A DNA stretch of 61,738 nucleotides, the filler included, from Bipalium vagum (Eukaryota), in the NCBI GenBank assembly GCA_037834085.1. It is 3 parts of 3 records of this genome, joined end to end, with 100 filler letters (N's around TTAATTAATTAA, not from the genome) between each part and the next. Parts side by side here need not be neighbours in the genome. Positions count along the whole stretch, not along the records: positions 43,568 to 61,738 come from JBBMKC010038065.1; 2 more parts are not named here. One strand, written 5' to 3'. Position numbers and translations under genes: made by a program. The notes beneath the pieces are model-generated. The model was not told the DNA's origin and ran no database searches. It saw only the letters and a program-made list of their open reading frames with translations. Position 1 is the first letter of the stretch; every line of letters starts with the position of its first letter. Of the stretch, positions 51,401 to 61,738 are shown piece by piece.

Positions 51401-54400
51401 TAAATTAATAATGAACATTAAAAATGACAGAAATAATATATACATGAAAATAAATGTCACTTTATTTAATAAAAAGTACTATATATATTTCTCCTTGTAT
51501 ATTACATTAATATTGATTTTCCTCGATTAACAGAGAAGAAAATAAAACCAGATAAATATGTACTATACGTATACAACCCAATAAATGACACGATCAAATA
51601 TTTCTTACAATATTACATGCATTAAAAATATTATTTAATTACTGTTTAAAAATTAAATAAAATTATCGATTTGATTGTGAAATATTTATTAATAAAACAA
51701 AATAAACCTAAATATATTTGGAATTATGTTATAATAAATTTTTCACATGGAACAAATATTTATCAAAAATAAAGTACCAATGAATAATAATAATTCACAT
51801 ATAAAATATTGAAAATTAATTATTAATCAACAAATGACATTTCTTTTGTTTTATAACTTTGCTCAATTAAATTTGACCACTATAATGATTTTTTACGCAA
51901 AATTTAGCAGAACAAAAACAATCCACAGTTAAATAGTTGGTTTACCACTAGTAACCACAAGTTCACTGAAATATAACGAAGGCAAATCATAACTTTAAAT
52001 GGCTGATTTCTAAAAAAATAAGTAAAAACCAAAATATTTATTGCCGGAGAATATCCCTCTTAATTAAATTCTTCATAAAACAATATCTTCATCACTTTTG
52101 TTGTACTGATCATTTCAACAAAGGCTTTGATATTGTAAAAAGCACAAATAAAAGAGCGCAGGGGTTAATGTCGCATTTTCAAAATAAATATATTGAAAAA
52201 ACTATAGAAGATTATTAAAGAAAATTTCCGCATTTTCAAGACCAAGAATAAAGCTTATTAAAATAAAAACCAACAAAAATCTACAGACCTTTATGACCAC
52301 CATTATACGTTTAAAGTTCATGAATAACCTAACACCGCTTTTTCTGCTCTTGAAAATTTTAACCAAACATTCTTAAATTAAATTGCTTGTAATCTTTGTT
52401 GCATAAAGCCCAGAATATTTCAATAGGTCGTTGATTAGGTACAATAGGTTCATTTGTGTATGCCTTATAATATAATCGCTTTTTTGTTAATCAAGGTAAT
52501 CACAAGCAATTCGAATAATGTGAACCCGTCATATCATACCAGAGAATAATATCATGATCTTGTTTCAGTTTGATAATAAAAGATCCAGGCGCTTTTTTCC
52601 GCATTCTTCTAGATAAATTGTCTTGTTCATAGTACCCATACCTGATATTTGACTTAAATCAACCGGACAATAAGTCTCATCACCAATTACAGAGAATCAC
52701 CACTGGAAGGAACTGAGATTTTGTAAAGACTTCTATGTAATTTTTTTATGTTCTTTCTTATCTTTCACATATTTAGGAGTACAGATCTTCTTTCTAGTTA
52801 TAATATTCAACTGTTTCTTTTGCATCTGATATTGTGAACTTTGAATTTTAATTTATATGTTAGATGTATACTGGTGTTAAGATTTCGTTTATAATTCGTC
52901 TTAATCTTATGTAATTGAATGTTAATCAACTCAGATGGCTTTGGACTAGATTTTTTTGAGCAATTCACTTCCACAATATAAGCATAACGTTTTAAAACCT
53001 GTTAGATCGTTCTTTAATTTAACCCTTCCTCCTTAATATGTTTAATTGTTATTTTCTCATTTTCATTTTTTAATAAAAAATTCAATCATACCTTGTATTT
53101 AGTTTTACTCAATCCACTATTCCATAAATTCTTTTTATCCTTATCCTTTTATCATATTCATACAATAGATAGTGACTTATTACATGTGACTTATTATTTA
53201 AATAAATAATCGATTAAATATCCACCTAATAATTACATCTAATTTTATTTATAAGCAACTAGTTTAATAAGAGATAAATTCGATTAATAGTACTTGCAAA
53301 ATAGACGGTTTCTTTTCAGGGTACCTAATATTACTAACTTTTAATTATTGTGGAATTTTAAAATTTATCACTATTTAAACAAACAGAAAAAATTACTTGG
53401 TTTTCAATTTTTCAGCGAAAAAGACCGTAGGAGCTTTAATAATTTATGAAAAATTTAGATAATCGCCTATATTCGAAAATTGTGGAAACAACATATTTAC
53501 TTATCGAAATATTCACTTATTTTTACCTTTATAGATGAAATATAACAAATCATATAAAATAAAGCTATTGTCGAGTATAAAATGAATAAAAGCATCCAGA
53601 AAACAATTCATTATCGATCATAAGATTCACAAAGGATGGTTAACTATCGAGATGATAGTAACTTTCAATACCAATCAACATAGGTGTTGACGAAAAATAA
53701 TTAAGTTAATAAAATCTCTTTAATGTGTTTGTTTAAGAAACCTAGTAGATCTCTTAACCGTTAATATCTTAAATAAAATTAATTAATCAATATATAAATC
53801 ATGGTGGAAGTCAATAAATTTTAAAATAACATTTAAATGTTTTTCAAATCATGGTCATAGAAATATCATAATTTCATGACTACTTTTAACAGGTTTTCCC
53901 TGTCAAAAAAAACAAACATAGAGAGTGGTAATTAAATAAATAAAGATCAACTAAAATAAAAATTCAAAACTGACATTTATTTTCCTCAGATTTTTCCAAT
54001 CATTAAGAAAAAACCCTAGAAATAATGAAAATACAAAAATAAATATTAAAAGAACTGTTGGGATTTCTCTTCCAAAGACGAAAAAAATTCAAAAATCAAA
54101 ATATTAAAACAAAAACGATTTCAACTGATCACATTTTACCTGAAGTCTGGTCTTGATGACATCAGCCGGAGTACAAAGAAACGCAGCAGGAGCACCGGCC
54201 AGAGTCGCAGCGAAAAGCAACGATGATGGTTTGTTTATGCCTTCGTCGTCACTGAATGCAATTTTGAAATGGTTATAAGCGGGGAAATAAATAGCCGAAA
54301 ATGGAATATCTCTTAAAAAACATGCCCGAGCTCCTTTGTACAGTCCTAGAAACCCTAAGTCGCGTACGTGATGGAAAGCCGATATTCTTTTTGACGAAAC

Positions 54401-55372
54401 GATTTCTCCAGCAACTTGTAATCGAATCTTCACGATTTCCAGTGGATTGGTGAAAATAACTTGACAACCACCGGCAATACCACCCGAGACACATTCGGCC
54501 CATAGAGGAATGTTTCCGTTTTCCGGAGTCAATTGGTCTTTCATGAAATCATTCATGGTCAATTTGATTGCTTTTTCCGGAGCAACGCCCAACAGTTGCG
54601 GACCGAGGCCGCGATACAGACCCAAAAACCCTTCGAATCGCACAACTTTCTTGAAGCAGTCAAAGCTGTCTTTGTACATCAATTCGCCAACAATACTGCC
54701 AGATCGTTGGTTCTGCATTCTCGTTTTTACTAAATCAATCGGATAAACTGCAGTTGCACCAAGAGCTCCTGCTATGCCACCGAGAACAAATCGGTATACT
54801 TGCTCCAAAACTGATATCAATACAGTGCGACCTTTACCAGCGGCTTCTTTTTCAACAGTTTCCTGTAGAACTCTAGCTTGGATTTTGTACGTTTGACTAC
54901 CATCTCTGATTGGTGCGATTTTTTGAATGTCTGGATATGTCAGACGACCGTCCTTTCGAATCAATTCTGTCAGTTGAAACAATAAGTCGATTTCCAATGG
55001 TGTAAGCTGGCTGAATTGTTGAGCTTCGTCCAGAAATTGTTCCTTGGTGACTTCGAAGTAATTATTACCTCGACTAAGGCCATGGTAGACTTTTTTCACA
55101 AGTTCCATGTTGTTTAACAAACTGATGAAAGCACTGAAATAAGAGAAACTGATTCGACGTTGCCGTTCACCTTGCAAAGCTACGGCAACCAAATTGTCTC
55201 TCACAAATTGAGTCAAAAGATAACTTTTCAAAATAATCATTATTTGGTTAAAATCCATTGCACTTATGGTTCCATTTTTTTGCGTATCAAATTTATTAAA
55301 GGCTTGTAAAGCATGTTCTTCGTGAAAATCCTAAAATTCGTAGTCTATTTTATGATTTATTTTTATAATAAT

Positions 55373-55407
<35 letters not shown>

Positions 55408-58400
55408 TTCAAACAATAAAATGACCTTTTTTGATATACCATACTTATTTATTTATTATAAATAGAGACAGTAAAAATATGACATTACCACTAAATATGC
55501 AACTAAAAATCTTGAAATATGCATTTAAAAATGAATACATAAATATTAAGTAATCGAAAAATTTAATAAAAAACTATTAATCTTTATTACATAGAATAAT
55601 TAATATTTTTAATATTTTCTTCAGTCAGGTTCAATCTTTTGAGGTCACCAAATCTTTATAGGCAGAAAAGGATCTCTCGACATCACATGAAGTGATTGGA
55701 CAGAACTTTATTGATTTAAAATCAATTGAACTATAGTTATTGAACCATTTGTCAGAACAACCCAAAATAATATTATTTATTTCTTTTATTTTATTAAGAC
55801 CAACGTTTTTTGAAAATATCAATTTGAATCTATCACATATTTTTTGACCTTTTTCACTCGAAACCTGACTAAGAAGTTCTTCTGTTTTAGCTATTAAGTC
55901 TAAGGATTCGGAAATCAACTTGTTTCTATTGATGCAATTGTTGATACAAGGAAAGAATAATGAGAAGTCATAAATGTAATTTCTTCATTTATTTTAGAAG
56001 ATTTCAATATATTTTACATTTTGAAATCGAATATGCATCGTTATCCAGTTTCATTATTATTTCTTTTAAAATACTAAAATTCTTTACAGAATAAACCACG
56101 CTGCTAATCCAAGTCCCCCATTTTGTAACTATTATACTTGGGGGTAATTCGAGTTCAGGTGCAATTTCTTTAAAGATTTGACATCTACACGATGCCATTT
56201 TGAAAATTTTTTTCAGATTTGATATCCATTCATCAACTACTGGGTGTAAAGCACGAATATATTCAGCCAATCTATGCAAACCATGTACAACACACGTAAC
56301 CTAGATAATCTTTGGATACAGAATACTTAATCCAGAAGATGCTTTCTTCATATGTGAAGCATTATCAGTTACAAAAAGCAGAATGTTGGGTCGAGATATA
56401 GAATCCGACAGATGTTAGAAGGTGTTATCAAATATGGTAGAAATCGTATTTGAATTGGTTTTTTCAATATTTTCGCAGTTATTCAAAAAATTATGATTGA
56501 TTTCTTTTTGATTGCTTAAAATACCCACGTCTTTTAGCGACATACCTTCCTCCAAAATTTGTTGTTTCATCTATAGAAATCCAGACTTTTTGACCTCGTA
56601 ATTTGTCTTTTATATCTTTTATGGTTATTTTATAAATATTTTTTAAATAAACTTTTCTTAATGTTGTCTCAGAAGGAACGCTATTTTTTGTGTGTGTTTT
56701 TAAAAAGGTCCCGAATATCTTGTTATTAATTTTAAATAATGGGATATTAGCGGAAACTAAAGCTTCGCAAAAATCAATTCCAAACTTGGACAAATGTAAG
56801 TTGTTGTAGTTAGATATTAAATCTTCATTGTTTTCTTTAGCATATTTCTTGCTTTGTTTTTGGTGTATTTCGGAATTAATATGTTGTTCTATTAGAAATG
56901 TTCTGTCACACGAAATTGCTTTCTCACAGATTTTTAAAAACAGTATTGTCCCATCATTTTGAAGAATATGTTTTCCGTATTTTGTAACATCTATTTAATT
57001 TTAATTTTTCGTTTTCTTTTGGTTTTGGCATTTAAAATATTATATCTAAAGTGTTATAAAATTATTTTACATAACTTAAATTAATAATTAAAGTATATAC
57101 ATTTTTAAACAAACATTAAAATATAAAAAAATTAATTTTAAAATATGCACATTTACATGCAAATATTTTAAAATATACATAAAGCATGCCAAATATGCGT
57201 TTATTAAAATATTCTTAAAATATGCATTTATATGCATTTATATGCAATTATATGAAAAGTCATATTTTTACTGTCTCTAAGTATAAATTAATTACAATTA
57301 TAATTTTTTATTATTTAATATTATTTAACTATTTGTTATTGTTTGTTATTATTATTGTCAATATTAAATGAAAAATAAAAATTTCCTACATTAATCTTAA
57401 TAAAAATATTAATAAATAAAATATATAATTAAGTCAAAAGAGTAAATAAATATTATTTCGAAATAATTATGCATCACATTCAAATTGATTCTTCGTTATA
57501 ATTTAGCATGAATAAATTAAAAATTTAAATTGTGAGAAATTTCTAATTTTATTTGAGACTTATTTAAAGGAAACGACTTCAATGACACCTGTGCCTCTTC
57601 AAAAAAATCGATGTGTTGTAATCTAATGGTTTTTTCTAACTTTTTTATACATCAATCATTTTAAAACTTATTTCTGCACGATACCTTAGACAATTTAGAT
57701 TGTGCAAATATCAATTAATAATCCGTCTTATAAAAATTTAATGATAACAATTAGGTAATCATCTAAACAAAATATTTGATAGGTCAAATTCGTAGATCAA
57801 CATTTTCGAGCCTGAAATCATTACTAGCTTAAGTCCCCCGATACGCGAACAACCAGTATTTTAGGAAGTAATTTCAGTCCTTAATGTCATTCTGCTCACC
57901 ATTAAAGAATTAAGAATTACTCTAAAAATATATTTTTCTAATGATTTGTAACAACGTTCAATATTCAAATGAAGCGGAAGAATGTGCCAATAGATTTAAG
58001 ATAGACAGCATCCACCATGTACCATTTAATAATAATAAGCCAGATGAATTCACATCGTTCAATCAATCAGCTCGATTTTATTAAGATATCACTTAATCAT
58101 TATTCATTAACACAAATAATACCAGTTTTGTATCAGAAAAATTGTTTTAAAGTGACTTATTAAACTCAATACATATGTACAAGTACCAGGAAAAGTTTGA
58201 TATTTTAAATAAATATAAAAAATATTACTATTATTATAATTGATATTTTATATTTTTTAAAAACCAATCAGTATTTGATTTTTTTATTAAATCAGTTGAA
58301 AATTAATTAGTTTTCTTAGAAATTTTAAAATGTAATAACTACTATTTTATTAATAAATAACTGAGTTTAAAATAGTAAATAAATAAAATATGATCGCCAA

Positions 58401-60704
58401 ATATTCAATTAAATGACTTGACCTAATTAACAATTTTATTCTGAACATTAAAAATTCCGTTTAAAGTCCTCGATTTGTAATTTATCGCCTGTGACATTTT
58501 AAAATATTGATTACTTTATTTGTATTTATCATTTTTATTGTTGAAAATTTGTGTGCTCATTAGAATTTTTGTCTATTTTCCTTTTTGATTATTAATTTCT
58601 AAAAATAAATAAAACCCCATAAAAAATAAATAATATAATAAATAAAATTAAAAATTAATAAGAATGAATCCTTAACTTGATCATAGAAAAATATAGTTAG
58701 ATTTATAATTCTCATTTTTGTTCATTAATTTCTGCTTAAAAATATCGACTTTTAACAATTATTCAATTTTCATTTTTTAAGAAAAAATAATCATAAAAAT
58801 AATGATAATTATTTTAGAATTTTCCAATGAACTCTATCAGATAAATTTAATTACGCCACTTTATTTTGAATTTCTTAATTAGAATTAAATTTTTACAGCT
58901 ATTAATATAAGGTTCTCCTTTAAACAGTAAGGTTATCATAAAATAAAATCAACAAATCCACGCTATCAACATATCGATTAGACGTACACGAATAATGTCA
59001 ATTTTGAAGTTACTTTTTCAGAAGTATTTTTTAAAGATCGAGATTGTTATGACAAAATTCAGCTCAGTAGTTCAGAATGTAAAAATAACAACAATTTAAG
59101 ACCCTTTTAAAACACTAAAATAAACTGAACTTACATCAAGATAATAGGAAATATCTAAGTTAATTTGGTTATATAATCAATAAAAATAACAAGTGAGATT
59201 AAATTTTAGTATCAGGTCAGTCCAAAAATTCGTGCGTATTGCATTATATCTTTTTGCTTCAAAATCTTTGTCATTTTATGCAGATGGTTTTAAAAAACTT
59301 CCTGACAGGTGGAAAAAGATTGTAGAAAACGATGGTAATTATTTCCATGAATAAATGTTTCATATCGATTTCATTTGCTTTTTATGTTTATATTTACATA
59401 ATATTTATTAATACGCACGAACTTATGGACTGAACTGATATATCTTTTAATCGATACATGAAGAAATTTATTTTCAAATATTTTCAATTCATTACGTTCT
59501 TTCAAACTACCCATTTCCTTTATAATCTCTAATTCTAATATTCTTTGTTATATCAGAAGAACACTGATATTTAAGGAAGTGTGATATATATGGTCATTGA
59601 GAGTAAATGATTGAAAATTGATTAGAAACACTGCTAAAACTATGAAATCTAGTTCTGGTAAGAGTCAAAATGAACCAATCGCCATCTTATTGTGGTAGAC
59701 CTATTGATTTTGGCATGTTTATAGATTGAAATTTTTTTCCTTCGTCAAATAACCAAAAAACAATATAGTTATAAAATACCAAAGGGGCTGACTTAAAAAA
59801 AACCAAGAGAAAATCTTATAACGAAAAATTTTAAAAACCAATATAATAAAAATCGAATTCGTTCGAATTATTAACTGAAAGTACTCAAGATTTCCAAACA
59901 CTCAGAAATTGATAATTAATTAAAGAATCAATAATCTTTAATTTTTATTTGCAAATCTGATTCGTCAGAAATCAGAGTTTATTCTATCTTTGACTTAAGA
60001 ATATTGTGTAACATAATAACATTTATCGAATTTTATTTTATTTATGATTGTTCAATGTTGTGTTAATGAAAGATTCTCATATTGGTAAAGTAATTAATTA
60101 TTCAGAATCAATATCTTCAAAGCTACTCACATGAATGATTTGAGTAAATTCGTTATAATTTACCAATCGACTTTTGTCTGCACCAAAATGCAATTTGATA
60201 AAAGGCGAATCAAAATTGAATGGAAAATGATCGTTTAACACTGTTGCACTGTAGACATTTTTAAATTCCTCTATAAATGATGCATCAGACAATCAGTACG
60301 TGATTGTGAAATTACCAAAGTTAATGTATCCATTGCCATTTTGATCGAAAAGTTGAAATGCTGTAGCATAAAGTGCATCTGGAGCGCATAGCAGCCCCTC
60401 AAATGCCGTAAATTCTTCTAATGATATTAACCTGAAACCAATTGAAAAATCAGTTGGAAAATCAATTGTCCAATACCCATCTTTTGTTGCATCTACTACA
60501 TCGGCAATTAAATTTACGGAATTTTCATTATAATTTTCCTTTTCCAAAATTTGCAGGTAGTCAACAACAAAGTTTTTTGGCGTCATATACTTTTTACCTT
60601 TCAGATTAATAGTTGCATACTAATTATATTTAACTAAGTATATATTATAGCTTGATTACCTTGTTGAAAACAAATTTCAAACTTTCGGGATCAGCTCGGT
60701 GCAT
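48433..60704 (-). CDS. SLC25A12: Calcium-binding mitochondrial aspartate/glutamate carrier aralar/citrin (SLC25A12/13 co-ortholog), 7 coding exons, ~667 aa
   Basis: Exons 60660-60704, 60477-60619, 60316-60431, 60131-60270, 54140-55330, 48686-48879, 48433-48607. Total 2004 nt, in frame; the last intron is GC-AG. EF hands ([24 protein letters not shown]); carrier motifs [35 protein letters not shown]; C-terminal [24 protein letters not shown]. The start codon follows a TTTAG, so an extra 5' exon is possible. Confidence 0.94.
48943..49300 (+). mobile_element. pogo/Tigger-like 5' end
   Basis: TA-CAG terminus followed by repeated TTCGYCTAATYCGAA subterminal motifs; start [13 protein letters not shown] resembles a pogo HTH-psq N-terminus. 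Confidence 0.5.
49748..50927 (+). mobile_element. mariner element (irritans-like), decayed, both TIRs present
   Basis: TIRs CAGGTGTGTGCAATTAATTCCCGAAATGAAGC and [44 protein letters not shown]; [13 protein letters not shown]; [17 protein letters not shown]. Confidence 0.9.
51085..51228. repeat. Dispersed repeat, copy 2
   Basis: Shorter, same-orientation copy of 13202-13420. Confidence 0.7.
52180..53070 (-). mobile_element. DD37E (TRT)-like transposase remnant
   Basis: IGDETYCP (MDDETY-like) and [12 protein letters not shown] (FWPDLASSHYS-like). Many disablements. Confidence 0.55.
55463..57279 (-). mobile_element. hAT transposon (CGGBP1-related transposase type), decayed, with TIRs and TSD
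   Basis: TIRs TAGAGACAGTAAAAATATGAC and GTCATATTTTTACTGTCTCTA; 8-bp TSD ATTATAAA/AGTATAAA; subterminal ATATGCA repeats. [60 protein letters not shown]. Confidence 0.92.
59210..59440 (+). mobile_element. 231-bp mariner deletion derivative (MITE)
   Basis: TIRs TATCAGGTCAGTCCAAAAATTCGTGCGTATT and AATACGCACGAACTTATGGACTGAACTGATA; internal remnant [23 protein letters not shown]. Confidence 0.9.
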
Positions 60705-61738
60705 CTAAAGTAATGTTTGTTAATAAATACTAAAAAGTAATATATTAAAGAAAATGCATAAATCGAACTATTATATTATTAAAGCTAATTCAATTAAACA
60801 AAATTGAGAAAACTAATTTATTAAATCTTGAAGAAAAACAAGTTTTAAATTTTATAAAATTTCAAAATTAGCTGAAAATTTTTTAAAAATTTGATGTTCT
60901 AAGCCAATTTTTTATAATATTAACCATATAGATTTGAATTTTGTTATTTGTCCAATTTATTAAATAAACCTTGAATTCATGAAATCATATTTCGTTTCTT
61001 TCAGTTGAAATTTTAAACCCGGTTGATGAAAAGATCAAAATCATTGAGCTCATCTTCAGAATGTCTTCATTCTGGAATTAATTTTTTTTATATCGTTTGT
61101 CTTCAGTGAACACCTAAACTTGGTCAAAATGTAACTAAAATTGATGTACTTGGTTAAAGATCAGAAGACATGAAATAAATTTTAGTTTCAAATGATTGAT
61201 GAAAATTTCTGAATTTATTTAATGACATAAAACTATTGTCATTCTGTTGAAAATTTTTGTTAGACAATTATTTTTAATCACCTCCGCTTCAATAAAGTAA
61301 TTTTATAGTTCTGTTAAGTTTTGTGAGAGAGAGGATGTGTACAACTTATCTTAATCTGACTCCTTAAGGTAGTGTACTGATCACAATCAAAGTAAACGAA
61401 ACAATTTTTAAAACTTTTATTTCAATTACAGTTTTTACAACTTTTTTACAAAGGTTTTTCTTTTGCTGAGATCAAAATGACAATATTAAATAAAAGCAGA
61501 TATTCAGTCTAAACCAGGAAATGTGTAGATGCCCTGAAGTAAATTAGCGAATCTGATAACTAGTTTACCAGATCGTAATTGCTAGAATAAAACACAAAAA
61601 GAAGAATCCAAAAATTTAAATTGCACAAAAACAGAAACGTGAAATTATATTCGCATTCTGTAAAGTTAATTAATTAATTAAAGTGAATATGATAATTCAC
61701 TTACACAGATAATTTTTGCAGTGAGTTATAATAAACTC

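Noticed and set aside
54273-54746. Alternative-frame and antisense ORFs over the large aralar exon
   Set aside because: Shadow ORFs of a conserved coding exon.
57940-58075. Integrase-core-like peptide on the plus strand
   Set aside because: Catalytic residues not recognisable; too short.

Overview
AT-rich (~25% GC by eye) animal genomic DNA with many 40-80 nt spliceosomal introns and a few multi-kb introns filled with transposon debris. A flatworm-like invertebrate is my guess only. The window is three contigs joined by artificial 100-nt N44-TTAATTAATTAA-N44 linkers (23620-23719, 43468-43567). Each contig holds one complete minus-strand gene that I assembled exon by exon in frame: ERLEC1/XTP3-B ER lectin (12 exons, ~502 aa), a NEDD4-family C2-4xWW-HECT E3 ligase (16 exons, ~867 aa) and the Ca2+-binding mitochondrial aspartate/glutamate carrier aralar/citrin (7 exons, ~667 aa). 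The rest is decayed mobile DNA: mariner, Tc1, DD37E-, DD39D- and DD41D-like, pogo, Merlin, hAT, LTR/gag, NeSL-like RLE non-LTR, Penelope-like with hammerhead ribozymes, and a foldback. The most unusual object is a ~0.4 kb non-coding LTR retroelement (TRIM: LTR-PBS-PPT-LTR) whose 137-bp LTRs are built around a tRNA-Ala-like Pol III gene, a tRNA analogue of the 5S-carrying Cassandra elements. It has a solo LTR elsewhere in the window, and a NeSL-like retrotransposon is inserted at the tRNA T-arm of one LTR.
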